Assembly (NCBI GenBank): GCA_963828255.1
Contig: CAWHDZ010000007.1
Span: forward strand, 1 to 64,000
Origin: an uncultured delta proteobacterium
Lineage (GTDB): Bacteria > Myxococcota > Myxococcia > Myxococcales > Anaeromyxobacteraceae
Length of the DNA stretch: 64,000 nt
Direction of reading: 5' to 3'
Shown in pieces: positions 9,239-20,973 of the stretch. Positions within the stretch are counted from its first letter, which is position 1, and each line of letters begins with the position of its first letter. The translations under genes and the position numbers were made by a program. The notes beneath the pieces were generated by a model, which was given only the letters and a program-made list of their open reading frames with translations, ran no database searches and was not told the DNA's origin.

Positions 9239-10585
9239 ATGCACCGCAACGGTCCGTTCACCGAGGAGGAGATCGTCCGCATCGGGAGCGAGGCGGCCAG
9301 GCTCGCCTGGGCGGGCGGCATGACGGTCCTGCGCCCCGACGGCGAGGTGGTCCCATCCCGCTCGTGGCCGAGCCCGAGGTCGAGTCGCGGGAGCGCCTCT
9401 CCTGGCTCGCCGCCGAGTCGCGCGCCATCCTGTCCGGGTCGGTGAAGCTGGCCCGGGCGCTGCTCGCCCGCGGAGATCCGCGCGACCGCGAGGCCTTGCT
9501 CGGCCCGTTCGAGGGGCTCGAGGCCGACGCCATGGGGCTCCTCTTCTCCGAGGCTCCGTGCCCCGCGGTGGTCGCCCGCGTGGACTTCCTCCCGCCCGGC
9601 GACGGGGGGCTGCCGCGCGCCCTCGAGCTCAACGCCACCATCCCCGCCATGCCCGCCTACGCCGACCTGGCGGCCCACTCCTGGATCCGGGCGGCCGCGC
9701 GGCTGCGCGGAATGACGCCCCGCCGCGAGAGGGACCTGGTCGCGCGGGCCGGAAGCCACATGGAGGCGCTGCGGGAGACGCTCCTCGCCTTCTACCGGTG
9801 GCGGGGCGGGGCGCGGGAGCGTCCCTCCATCGCCATCGTGGCCCGGCCCGGCGACGCGCAGATCGGCGAGTTGCGGCGGCTCGAGGTCCACTTCCGGCAG
9901 ATGGGGCACGAGACCGCGGTGCTGGTTCCGGACGAGGCCGACCCGGACGCCCACGACCTGCTCTACCGGCACGTCTGGGCCCACCGGACGCCCCCGGGCT
10001 CCCCGTTCGCCCGCGCGCTGCGGGAGCCGTCCCGCTGGCCGCTCATGAACCCGGTGAACGGGATGCTCGAGGCCAAGGCCCTCTTCGCGCGCCTCTCGGA
10101 GGCGGCCGGCGAAGCCGGGATGGCCGCGCTGGCCGGGCTCGATCCGGTCGAGCTCGCCGCCGCCCGGCGCATGCCCTGGACCAGGCTCCACTCCCCGGAG
10201 ACGGTGGACCGGCTCGTCGGGGGCCGGGAGGGCTTCGTCCTGAAGCGCAGCTGGGACTACGGCGGGAAGAGCGTCCACCTGGGCGCGGAGACCGAGCCGG
10301 CCACCTGGGAACGGGTGGTGCGGGAGGCCGCGGCCGACCGGCGCGCGGGCGGGTTCGTGGCCCAGGAGCGGAATCTTCGCGGCCCGCCGCCCGGCCACGC
10401 GCATCACGCCTTCGGGTCCGGAACCGGGCTCCCTCTACCGCGACGTCTCCACCTACTCCGGGCTCCTCCCGGTCCACCCGGGCGGGAGCGTGGTCCGGGC
10501 CGCGGCCTCACCCGTCGTCAACATCCTGGGGGGTGGTGGACTCGCCCCCGTGATCCCCGCCGACGTCTGGGAGGAACTGTGCTGA
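9239..10585 (+). CDS. Circularly permuted ATP-grasp / glutathionylspermidine synthase-like ligase, two frameshifts (~9352, ~10372)
   Basis: Reconstructed: ARVDFL..LELNATIPAM..FVLKRSWDYGGKSVHLG..FVAQERI..VVNILGGGGLAPV; stop TGA at 10583-10585. Confidence 0.65.
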
Positions 10586-10980
10586 CCGAGCTCCAGATCG
10601 GCCTCCGCCGCGAGTACGCCCGCGCGGTCCGCTACCACCAGGACCTCTCGCTGCTCCTCGTGGACCTGCTCCCGAGCTCGGAGGCGCTCGGCCGGGTGAG
10701 GGATGCCGTGCGGCTCTGCGATTCCGCCTCTCCCGCTCCCGGCGAGCGGGTGGCGGTGATCCTCCCCGAGACCACCCTCACCGGGGCGCTCATCGTGGCG
10801 ACGCGCCTGGCGGGTGCGCTGGGACCGTCCCCCACGACCGGCGGCCCGCAGTCCGTGGGGGTCGCGGCCTACCCTTCACCCTCCGTCGCCGATGCGGAAG
10901 CGCTGATGAGGGCGGCCGAGAAGGCGCTGGAAGGCGCGCGATCTCGAGGGGGTGGAATCCTGACCCCCCTCTCGCGCTGA
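10579..10980 (+). CDS. Stand-alone degenerate GGDEF-fold protein
   Basis: LRREYARAVRY..LSLLLVDL..GERVAVILPET..SVGVAAYP..LMRAAEKAL; GGDEF motif absent; GGGAGG RBS before GTG. Confidence 0.7.
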   Translation: MLTELQIGLRREYARAVRYHQDLSLLLVDLLPSSEALGRVRDAVRLCDSASPAPGERVAVILPETTLTGALIVATRLAGALGPSPTTGGPQSVGVAAYPSPSVADAEALMRAAEKALEGARSRGGGILTPLSR

Positions 10981-11137
10981 CGACCCATGTAGGTCGTACC
11001 CCGGTATCGGCTGACTGATTCGGGTATGACCCGGGTGTCCGCTTACCCAGGTCAGGCCTGGGTGAATACCATGGCATCCCGGGGACCCCGGGTGGCGGGG
11101 ACCTGGACCGGGTCGTGCATCTCCCTACACCGTCGCC

Positions 11138-12667
11138 ATGGAACCCAAGGTGAAGCCCAGCTCGAAGTCGGTCGCGCTCTCCCGCGAGGCCTCGGTCCTC
11201 GTCGTGGACGACGACGAGCACGTCCGCCGCTCCCTGCGCCGCGTGCTGCGCCGGACCTCCTGCACCTTCCTCGAGGCGCCCGAGGCGGCGACCGCCCTCG
11301 AGATCCTGGCGCGCGCGCAGGTGCACGTCGTGGTCTCCGACTACCGGATGCCGGGCATGGACGGGGTGGAGTTCCTGCAGGTCGTGAAGGAGCGCTACCC
11401 GGCCATCCAGCGCGTGCTCCTCACCGGACAGGCCGACACGGCGGCCATCGAGGAGGCGGTCAACCGCTCCGAGATCTTCCGCTTCATCTGGAAGCCCTGG
11501 GACGAGAGCTACCTCCTGCTCACCGTCCAGGACGCCATCGACCGGTTCTGGATGATGGAGGAGAACCAGCGGCTCCAGGCCATGCTCACCGCCCGTCAGG
11601 CGGAGCTGGAGTGGCTGAACCGCGACCTCGAAGGCAAGCTGGAGGCCCGCACGGAGGCGCTCCGGCAGGCCGCCCAGGAGTGGCGCACCTGCTTCGACGC
11701 CATCGCCGACCCGCTCGCCATCATCCGGGGCGGGTGCGAGGTCGTCCGCGCCAACTCGGGCTTCGCGCGGCAGGCCGGCGTGGCGGTGGGGGAGCTTCCC
11801 GGGCTCCGCTGCAGCGGGCACGCCTTCGGCGAGCTCCCCTGCCCGCGGCCGCACCTCGACGAGGCTCCGGAACGGGTGGTCCCCTTCCGGAACCGGGTCT
11901 GGCTGATGCGCGCCTTCCCCTTCGGCGTCGACGCGCTGGTCGTGGTCTACAAGGACGTCACCCAGGAGCGCGAGGTCACGCGGCGCCTCTTCCAGGCCGA
12001 GAAGATGTCGGCGCTCGGCCAGCTCGCGGGCGGCGTGGCGCACGAGATCAACAACCCGCTCGGCGGCATCCTGGCCTTCGCCCAGATCATGGCCCAGGAC
12101 GAGCGCTCCCCCGACGACGAGGAGAGCCTGCGCCTCATCAGCGACGCGGCCATGCGGGCCAAGCGCATCGTGGACTCGCTGCTCCGCTTCTCCCGCGCCC
12201 CCAAGGAGCACGAGCGGGGGCCCGTGGACCTGCCCCGGGTGGTCGAGGATGCGCTCCTCATCCTCCAGCCCAACCTGCGCGACGAGAAGGTGACCGTGGT
12301 CCGGGAGCTCGGCCCGGCCCGCACCACCGGCAACGCCAACCAGCTCCAGCAGGTGGTGGTGAACCTGATCGTGAACGCGACGCAGGCCGTCCAGGGCAAG
12401 GGAATGGTCGTGGTCCACACCGGTCCCGGCGCGCCGGGGAGGGTGGTGGTCAGCGTCGCCGACGACGGCCCGGGGATCGCCGCCGGGATCGCCGAGCGCA
12501 TCTTCGAGCCGTTCTTCACCACCAAGCCGGAAGGGCAGGGGACGGGCCTCGGACTCTCCATCTGCTACCGCATCGCCGAGGAACACGGCGGGTCGATCCG
12601 CTTCGAGAACCTGCGGGAGGGCGGCGCGCGGTTCGTCGTCGACCTGCCCGCCGAGCAGGCCACGTGA
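11138..12667 (+). CDS. Hybrid sensor histidine kinase (REC-PAS-HisKA-HATPase)
   Basis: VLVVDDD..SDYRMPGMDG; AGGVAHEINNPL; FEPFFTTK..GTGLGLS. Confidence 0.92.
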   Translation: MEPKVKPSSKSVALSREASVLVVDDDEHVRRSLRRVLRRTSCTFLEAPEAATALEILARAQVHVVVSDYRMPGMDGVEFLQVVKERYPAIQRVLLTGQADTAAIEEAVNRSEIFRFIWKPWDESYLLLTVQDAIDRFWMMEENQRLQAMLTARQAELEWLNRDLEGKLEARTEALRQAAQEWRTCFDAIADPLAIIRGGCEVVRANSGFARQAGVAVGELPGLRCSGHAFGELPCPRPHLDEAPERVVPFRNRVWLMRAFPFGVDALVVVYKDVTQEREVTRRLFQAEKMSALGQLAGGVAHEINNPLGGILAFAQIMAQDERSPDDEESLRLISDAAMRAKRIVDSLLRFSRAPKEHERGPVDLPRVVEDALLILQPNLRDEKVTVVRELGPARTTGNANQLQQVVVNLIVNATQAVQGKGMVVVHTGPGAPGRVVVSVADDGPGIAAGIAERIFEPFFTTKPEGQGTGLGLSICYRIAEEHGGSIRFENLREGGARFVVDLPAEQAT

Positions 12668-12681
12668 CAGGAGAGAATCCC

Positions 12682-14154
<1,473 letters not shown>

Positions 14155-14163
14155 CGGCGGGGT

Positions 14164-14820
14164 TCACTCGCGCGGGCGCCCGGACGGCGCGTCGTCCAGG
14201 AAGGCCCGGGTCAGCTCCACGATCCGGGGCAGCGACCCGGTCAGCTCGTGGCCGTCGTCCACCACCACGAGCCGGGCGCCGGGCGTGCGGTCCACCCAGG
14301 CCCGCACGTCCTCGAGCGGGACGGTGTCGTCGCGGCCGCCGGCGATGCAGAGCGCCGGGACGTGCACCACCGGGAAGGGCGGCCAGTCCTCCGCGTCCGC
14401 GAAGAAGGCCCAGCCGATGCGGCGGGGGCGGTTCGTGGCGTGGTGGTGGACCTCCACGCCGCCCTCCCGCTCCCAGCGGGCCAGGTCGGCCGGGGCCAGC
14501 CTCGCCCTCCAGCGCTCGTGGAGCCGGAAGGCCGGGGCGAGCAGCACGAGGCGGGCCACCGAGGGGTTGCGCGACGCGGCCAGCGCGGCGAGCCAGCCCC
14601 CCAGCGAGCTTCCGATGACCACGTGGGGGCCGGGCGCGGAGTGGAGCGCCTCCTCCACGATGGCGAGCATCGACGAGGGGGTGCTCCGCTCGAACCCTTC
14701 CGGCCCCGGCGTGAGGTCGAGCCGGACCGGCACGATGCGGTCCGCCGCCAGCCCGGCCGCGACGGCGGTGGCCTTGGTCGAGCCCGGGCCCGAGGCGAAG
14801 CCGTGGAGGTAGAAGACCAT
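14164..14820 (-). CDS. YqiA/YcfP-family alpha/beta hydrolase
   Basis: YLHGFASGPGSTK, GSSLGG, DDGHEL. Confidence 0.88.
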   Translation of the reverse strand: MVFYLHGFASGPGSTKATAVAAGLAADRIVPVRLDLTPGPEGFERSTPSSMLAIVEEALHSAPGPHVVIGSSLGGWLAALAASRNPSVARLVLLAPAFRLHERWRARLAPADLARWEREGGVEVHHHATNRPRRIGWAFFADAEDWPPFPVVHVPALCIAGGRDDTVPLEDVRAWVDRTPGARLVVVDDGHELTGSLPRIVELTRAFLDDAPSGRPRE

Positions 14821-14880
14821 CGCCACATCATGCGCCGGGAAGCGCCCCGGGATATAGCCCCCGTCCAACGGAGGCTCCCC

Positions 14881-15348
14881 ATGGACCTGAAGCCCGATAC
14901 GCAGACGCCGCTCTCGCAGGTGCTCGCCGGGAAGGGGCGCGGCACTGCCATCCTGTCCGTGCCCCCCGACGTCACCGTGGCCGCAGCCGTCGAGGTGCTG
15001 AACCGACACCTGGTGGGTTCGGTGCTGGTCATGGACGGTGGCAAGCTCCTGGGCATCTTCACCGAGAGGGACATCCTGCGCCGGGTGGTGGGCGAGCGGC
15101 GCGACCCGGCGACCACCCGGGTGGCCGAGGTGATGACCCGCGACCTGGTGGTGATGCGCCCCAGCTCGTCGGTCGTGGACGCCATGAGGGTCATCTCCGA
15201 GAAGCGCATCCGCCACGTCCCGGTGGTGGAGGGGAGCACCGTGGTGGGCGTGGTTTCGCAGGGAGACCTGAACCACTGGCTGGTGCGGAACCGCGAGGGG
15301 CAGATCCAGGACCTGGTGGACTACGTGACCGGGAAGTACCCGGCGTAG
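14881..15348 (+). CDS. CBS-domain protein
   Basis: VGSVLVMDGGKLLGIFTERDIL..IRHVPVVE..VGVVSQGDL. Confidence 0.9.
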   Translation: MDLKPDTQTPLSQVLAGKGRGTAILSVPPDVTVAAAVEVLNRHLVGSVLVMDGGKLLGIFTERDILRRVVGERRDPATTRVAEVMTRDLVVMRPSSSVVDAMRVISEKRIRHVPVVEGSTVVGVVSQGDLNHWLVRNREGQIQDLVDYVTGKYPA

Positions 15349-15367
15349 GGCCCACCCCGGCCGGCCG

Positions 15368-16684
15368 TCACCCGTCCTTCTTCCCGGCGCGCAGCCGCGC
15401 CAGGCGCTCGAAGAGCTCGCGCTCGAGCCCGCTCCCCGACGGGCTCACGATGCGTGCGCCGCGCAGCGCGTCGGGCAGGTATTCCTCGGCGACGTAGTGC
15501 CCCTCGAAGTTGTGCGGGTAGCGGTAGCCGCCCCCGTAGCCCATCGACTCCATGAGCCGGGTGGGCGCATTGCGCAGCGAGAGGGGCACCGGGAGCGGCC
15601 CCTTCTCGAGCACCAGCTTGCGGGCCGCGGCGTAGGCTGCGATGACCGTGTTCGACTTGGGCGCCAGCGCCAGGTAGGTGGCGGCCTGGGTGAGGGGGAG
15701 CACCCCCTCGGGCATGCCCACGAGCTCGAGCGCCTGAAGGGCCGCGGTGGCGACGACGAGCGCCTGGGGGTCGGCGTTTCCCACGTCCTCGGCGGCGAAG
15801 ATCACCATGCGCCGCACCACGAAGCGTGGCTCCTCGCCCCCCTCCAGCATGCGCACCATGTAGTAGACGGCGGCGTCGGGGTCGGAGCCGCGCATCGACT
15901 TGATGAAGGCGCTGGCCAGGTCGTAGTGCTGCTCGCCGGCCTTGTCGTAGGGCAGCGGCTTGTGCTGCATCGCCTCCTCGGCGTCCGCGGCGGAGATCTC
16001 CTCCCGCCCCGTGAGGCGCACCGCGGCGGCGGCCGACTCGAGCGCCACGAGCGCTCGGCGCGCGTCGCCGTAGGCCGAGCGGGAGAGCGACTCGCGGGCC
16101 TCGGCGGAGAGCCGGATGGTCCCGGAGAGCCCGCGCGGCGAGGCCACCGCCCGGTCGAGCAGCGTCCCCACCTCCTCGTCGGTGAGGGCCCGCAGCGTCA
16201 CCACCCGGCAACGGGAGAGGAGCGCCCCGTTGATCTCGAAGGAGGGGTTCTCGGTGGTGGCCCCCACCAGCGTGACGGTCCCGGCCTCGACGTGGGGGAG
16301 GAAGGCGTCCTGCTGGGAGCGGGAGAAGCGGTGGATCTCGTCCACGAAGAGGATGGTCCGCTGCCGGTGCAGGCGGCGCCGCTCGCGGGCCGCCGCGACG
16401 ATCTCGCGGATCTCCTTCACCCCGCCCAGGACGGCGGAGAAGGGGACGAAGGTCGCACCGGTGCGCTCGGCCACGATGTGCCCGAGCGTGGTCTTCCCGG
16501 TCCCGGGAGGGCCCCAGAGGATGAGGGAGGGGACCTGGTCGGCCTCGATGGCCCGGCGCAGCGCGCTCCCCGGCCCGAGCACGTGCTCCTGTCCCACGAA
16601 CTCCTCCAGGCGGCGCGGGCGGAGCCGCTCCGGGAGCGGCTTGCCGGCGTCGTCCCGGTCGAGGGCGTGGTCGAAGAGGTCCAT
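15368..16684 (-). CDS. rarA: Replication-associated recombination protein A (MgsA)
   Basis: PLPERLRP, GPPGTGKTT, DEIHRF, GATTENPSF, SAFIKSMRGSDPDAA, YRYPH. Confidence 0.95.
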   Translation of the reverse strand: MDLFDHALDRDDAGKPLPERLRPRRLEEFVGQEHVLGPGSALRRAIEADQVPSLILWGPPGTGKTTLGHIVAERTGATFVPFSAVLGGVKEIREIVAAARERRRLHRQRTILFVDEIHRFSRSQQDAFLPHVEAGTVTLVGATTENPSFEINGALLSRCRVVTLRALTDEEVGTLLDRAVASPRGLSGTIRLSAEARESLSRSAYGDARRALVALESAAAAVRLTGREEISAADAEEAMQHKPLPYDKAGEQHYDLASAFIKSMRGSDPDAAVYYMVRMLEGGEEPRFVVRRMVIFAAEDVGNADPQALVVATAALQALELVGMPEGVLPLTQAATYLALAPKSNTVIAAYAAARKLVLEKGPLPVPLSLRNAPTRLMESMGYGGGYRYPHNFEGHYVAEEYLPDALRGARIVSPSGSGLERELFERLARLRAGKKDG

Positions 16685-16712
16685 GGGGCCGGGACACTAT
16701 ATATTGCGCCGG

Positions 16713-17555
16713 ATGGAAGCCCTGCCCTGCCCCGTCCCGCGCCGGATCGGCATCGTTCCGAAGAAGAGCTCGGCCGAGGCCGTCGAGACGGCCCACTACG
16801 TCGAGAGCTTCCTGCGCGGGAAGGGCATCGACGTCCTGCGCGAAGAGGTGGCCGTGGGCCGGGACGCCGACCTGGTGGTGGTCCTGGGCGGAGACGGCAC
16901 GCTCATCCACGCCTCGCGGCTGCTGGCCGGGCGCCCGGCGCCCATCCTGGGCATCAACATGGGCAGCCTGGGCTTCATGACCGAGGTCCCGCAGAGCGAC
17001 ATGTACCCGGCGCTCGAGCAGGTGCTGGCCGGCCAGTCCACCGTGTCGCCGCGGATGAAGCTGCGCGTCCACCTGCACCGGGGGGGCACGAGCGGCGGAC
17101 CCGAGCTCGACGCCGAGGTGCTGAACGACGCGGTCATCTCCAAGGGCGCCCACTCCCCCATGGCCGAGCTCGACACCTCGTACGGGGAGTCCTACCTCAC
17201 GAACTACAAGGCCGACGGGGTGATCATCGCCACGCCCACCGGATCCACCGCCTACTCGCTGGCGGCCAACGGCCCCATCGTCTACCCGACCATGCGGGGG
17301 GTGATCATCAACCCCATCTGCCCGCACACGCTCACCCAGCGCCCGCTGCTGGTCCCCGACGACCGGCCCATCAACGTCGTCCTGCTGAACGACGCCAAGG
17401 TCTACCTGTCCCTCGACGGCCAGGAGGGCGTGGCGCTCTCCCGCGGCGACCGGGTACAGGTGAAGTCCTCCCCGAACCGGGTGCTCCTGGTCCAGAACCC
17501 GGCCTTCCACTTCTTCGGGATCCTGCGGGCCAAGCTGCGCTGGGGCGAGCGCTGA
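16713..17555 (+). CDS. nadK: NAD kinase
   Basis: LGGDGT, GSLGF, LNDAV, DGVIIATPTGSTAYSLAANGP. Confidence 0.95.
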   Translation: MEALPCPVPRRIGIVPKKSSAEAVETAHYVESFLRGKGIDVLREEVAVGRDADLVVVLGGDGTLIHASRLLAGRPAPILGINMGSLGFMTEVPQSDMYPALEQVLAGQSTVSPRMKLRVHLHRGGTSGGPELDAEVLNDAVISKGAHSPMAELDTSYGESYLTNYKADGVIIATPTGSTAYSLAANGPIVYPTMRGVIINPICPHTLTQRPLLVPDDRPINVVLLNDAKVYLSLDGQEGVALSRGDRVQVKSSPNRVLLVQNPAFHFFGILRAKLRWGER

Positions 17556-17556
17556 C

Positions 17557-18102
17557 TCAAGGGAAGCGAAGCCCGAAGGTGGCGAGCAGCAGCGTGCCGT
17601 CCATGTCCACCGTGCCGAACCCGTAGGTCGGGGAGAGCCACAGGTACCCGGCCTCTGCACCGATGGTGAACATGTCGCCGAAGACCAGGTCCACGCCGGC
17701 GCCCGCCTGCGCGGTGAAGGCCACGGTCTCGTAGGTGCCCGAGATCAGGATCGCGCGGGACGGGGCGAAGCCGACGCCCCCGTAGACGAAGGGGACGGCG
17801 AGGCCGAGCGGGAGGCGACCGCGAGCCCGGAACACCACCGGGAAGCAGTTCTCCTGGAGCAGGATTCCGGCCCGGGTGTTGACGAGCCCGGCCCAGACCG
17901 CAGCGCCGAAGTATTCGGAGTCCCACCCCACCGAGAGCGACGCCGACGGGAGCGCCTCGAGGGCGCCGAACGACGAGGTGCCCGACGGCAGGTAGGCGCC
18001 GCCGGAGATGGCGGCGTGGAACTCGGCCCGCGCCGAGACGGGAGAGGCGGCCGCGAGCGCGAGGAGGAGGAGGAAGCGCCTGGCGAATCGACGGAGGGTC
18101 AC
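17557..18102 (-). CDS. Outer-membrane beta-barrel protein (OmpW/OmpA-TM-like)
   Basis: Signal peptide, amphipathic strands, C-terminal FGLRF. Confidence 0.65.
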   Translation of the reverse strand: MTLRRFARRFLLLLALAAASPVSARAEFHAAISGGAYLPSGTSSFGALEALPSASLSVGWDSEYFGAAVWAGLVNTRAGILLQENCFPVVFRARGRLPLGLAVPFVYGGVGFAPSRAILISGTYETVAFTAQAGAGVDLVFGDMFTIGAEAGYLWLSPTYGFGTVDMDGTLLLATFGLRFP

Positions 18103-18211
18103 GGGGTGAGCCTACCCCGCGCCCGGAGGGAAGGCCGCGGGAAGGACGGGCTGAACGGGCCGTCACCTGAAAGCTTGCGCAGTGTCAGGGGGCGGTGGCA
18201 GACTCCTGCCC

Positions 18212-20011
18212 ATGCTGACGACCTTGCGCATCACGGGTTTTGCGGTGGTGGACCAGGTGGAGGTCCGGTTCGGTCCGGGACTGAACGTCCTCACCGGGGA
18301 GACCGGGGCGGGCAAGTCGCTCCTCGTCGGGGCCCTCCACCTCGTGCTCGGGGGGCGCATGAGCGCCGATCTCCTGCGGGAGGGGGCGGACGAGGCCTCG
18401 GTCGAGGCCATCTTCGAGCTCCCGGCCGACCACCCGGCGCTGGCGCGCCTCGAGGCGGCAGGGGTTCCGGCGAGGGACGGGGCGGGGGACGGGGTCGCCG
18501 AGCTGCTGGTGCGCCGCGTGGTGTCCCGGGCCGGCCGGGGCAGGGTCTTCGTGAACGGCGCGCTCTGCACCGTGGCCATCCTGGAAGGCGCGATGCGGGG
18601 CGTGGTGGACGTGACCGGCCAGCACGAGCACGTGTCCCTCCTCGACGCCGGGACCCACCTCGACCTCGTGGACGCCTTCGCCGGGGCGGCGGCTCCCGGC
18701 GGCCTGCGCGCGCGGTACCGGGAGGCCTTCGAGGCCCTGTCGGCGCTGGTGCGGGAGGAGCGGGCCCTGGCGGACGACGAGGGGGAGCGGGCCCGCCGCG
18801 CCGACTACCTCTCCTTCCAGCTCGAGGAGCTCGAGGGGGTGGACCCGAGCCCGGGCGAGGACGCCCGGCTCGACCAGGAGCGCAAGGTGCTCGCAGGCGC
18901 CGCCCGGCTCGCCGAGGCGGCCCGCGGGGCCGAGGCCCTCGCGTACGGCGACGAGGGGAGCGCGGCCGAGCGCATCGGTCAGGCCCTGCGCGCGCTCCAG
19001 GACGCCTCGGCGCTCGACCCCCGCCTCGAGCAGGTCCTGTCCCTGCTCCGCTCGGCGGCGGCCGAGGTGGAGGAGGCCGGGCGCTCCCTCACCCGTTACG
19101 CCGGCTCGCTGGGCGGCGACCCCGACCGGCTCGCCGAGGTGGACGACCGCATCGCGGCGCTGCGCGGCATCGTCCGCAAGCACGGGGGCAGCCTGGAGGC
19201 GGCCCTCTCCCGCCGCGAGGCCATGAAGGCCGAGCTTTCCGGGCTCACCGGCGCCGAGGGGCGGCGGGCCCAGGTGGCCAGGGCGGTGGCCGTCGCGGCA
19301 GGCGAGGCGGCCGGGCTCGCGGCCGAGCTGGGGCGGGAGCGGCGGCGGGCCGCCCAGGTCTTCCGCCGGGCGGTGGCCGAGGAGCTCGAGGGGCTCGCCA
19401 TGTCACGCTGCCGCGTCGAGGTGGCATTCTCGGCTCCGGCGGGCTGCGTCGAGGCGGGTGGGCACCGGCTCGGCGCTTCTGGCGCAGAGACCGCCGAGAT
19501 CCTCATCGCCCCCAACCCCGGGGAGCCGGCGCGCCCGCTCGGCCGGGTGGCGTCCGGGGGAGAGCTCTCGCGGGTGCTTCTCGCCGTGAAGCGCGCCCTC
19601 TCCCGTGCCGATCCGGTCCTGTCCTACGTCTTCGACGAGGTCGATGCCGGAATCGGCGGGGCCGTCGCCGAGGCGGTCGGGAGGGTGCTTGCCGCGGTGG
19701 CCCGCGACCGGCAGGTCATCTGCGTCACCCACCTCCCGCAGGTGGCGGCCTTCGCCGACCTTCACGCCCGGGTCGAGAAGCGTGTGGTGTCGGGTCGCAC
19801 CACGACGGGGGTGGTGCCGCTCCCCGCCGAGGCCGACCGGAGGGCCGAGGTGGCGCGCATGCTGGCCGGGCAGACGGTCACCGCCTCGGCGCTGGAGCAC
19901 GCTGCGGCGCTCATGTCCGCGGCCCGCGAGCCGGGGAAGTGCGCGCCAGGGCGGCCAGCCCGGGCAGCGGTCCGGGCGCACCGCCACAGGGGGGAAGCGG
20001 CCCGCGCGTGA
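18212..20011 (+). CDS. recN: DNA repair protein RecN
   Basis: LTGETGAGKS, GQHE, ASGGELSR, FDEVDAGIGG, VTHLPQVAA. Confidence 0.95.
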   Translation: MLTTLRITGFAVVDQVEVRFGPGLNVLTGETGAGKSLLVGALHLVLGGRMSADLLREGADEASVEAIFELPADHPALARLEAAGVPARDGAGDGVAELLVRRVVSRAGRGRVFVNGALCTVAILEGAMRGVVDVTGQHEHVSLLDAGTHLDLVDAFAGAAAPGGLRARYREAFEALSALVREERALADDEGERARRADYLSFQLEELEGVDPSPGEDARLDQERKVLAGAARLAEAARGAEALAYGDEGSAAERIGQALRALQDASALDPRLEQVLSLLRSAAAEVEEAGRSLTRYAGSLGGDPDRLAEVDDRIAALRGIVRKHGGSLEAALSRREAMKAELSGLTGAEGRRAQVARAVAVAAGEAAGLAAELGRERRRAAQVFRRAVAEELEGLAMSRCRVEVAFSAPAGCVEAGGHRLGASGAETAEILIAPNPGEPARPLGRVASGGELSRVLLAVKRALSRADPVLSYVFDEVDAGIGGAVAEAVGRVLAAVARDRQVICVTHLPQVAAFADLHARVEKRVVSGRTTTGVVPLPAEADRRAEVARMLAGQTVTASALEHAAALMSAAREPGKCAPGRPARAAVRAHRHRGEAARA

Positions 20012-20067
20012 GTCGAATACCCGTCGTTGACCCGCGCTGGAGGTCGAGGCTACCATCCGCGCCGCTC

Positions 20068-20856
20068 GTGGCCGCCCCACCTCCACTTTCCATCGAAGCC
20101 CGCGGCGTCACCGACGTCGGCCGGCGCCGCGAGCACAACGAGGACGCCCTCCTCGTGGACCTGGAAGACGCGCTCTTCGTCGTCGCCGACGGGATGGGCG
20201 GCCACGCCGGCGGGGGCACCGCGTCGTCCATCGCGGTCAGGACCATCCAGGATCGTATCCGCGCGGCGCAGGCGGCGTCGCCGGCTGCCTTCGAGTCCCC
20301 GGCCGCCGCCGACGCGAGCCACTTCCCCTCGGTCCTCCGCGTCGCCGTCGAGTCGGCCTGCAAGGCCATCTACGGCGCCGCCCAGGAAGACCCCAGCCTG
20401 GCCGGCATGGGCACCACGGTGACGGCCGCGCTCGTCGTCGGCCACACCGCCTTCATCGCCCACGTGGGGGACAGCCGCTGCTACCTGCTGCGTGGCGGTC
20501 GCATCTTCCAGCTCTCCGAGGATCACTCCCTCGTGAACGAGCAGTTGAAGGCCGGGGCCATCACCGAGGAGGAGGCGCGGCAGAGCCGCTTCCGAAACAT
20601 CATCACCCGGTCGGTGGGGTTCGAGGAGGAGGTCCTCGTGGACGTGGTCGGGGTCGAGGTCGAGAAGGGGGACTCCATCGTCCTCTGCTGCGACGGCCTG
20701 TCCAACCTGGTCACCGACGCGGAGATCCTGGAGATCGCCTCCGGCTCCCGCCTCGCCGAAGCCCCCGAGAAGCTGGTGGCCCTCGCCAACGAGCGTGGGG
20801 GCGACGACAACATCACGGTGATCGTGGTGAAGGTGGACGGGGGGAAGGGCGCGTAA
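20068..20856 (+). CDS. PP2C Ser/Thr protein phosphatase (Stp1/PrpC family; alternative start 20008)
   Basis: TDVGRRREHNED, VADGMGGH, GMGTT, HVGDSR, LCCDGL, GGDDNIT. Confidence 0.93.
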   Translation: MAAPPPLSIEARGVTDVGRRREHNEDALLVDLEDALFVVADGMGGHAGGGTASSIAVRTIQDRIRAAQAASPAAFESPAAADASHFPSVLRVAVESACKAIYGAAQEDPSLAGMGTTVTAALVVGHTAFIAHVGDSRCYLLRGGRIFQLSEDHSLVNEQLKAGAITEEEARQSRFRNIITRSVGFEEEVLVDVVGVEVEKGDSIVLCCDGLSNLVTDAEILEIASGSRLAEAPEKLVALANERGGDDNITVIVVKVDGGKGA

Positions 20857-20973
20857 CAGCCCGTTGCGCCGCATGGCCGGTGCCGCGCCCGGTGAATACG
20901 CTGAGCTCCGGGGGCGTCGGATGGAGGTCGACGCCATCCCGTCCGCGGGTCCCGGCGCCGCGGAGGCCACTCC

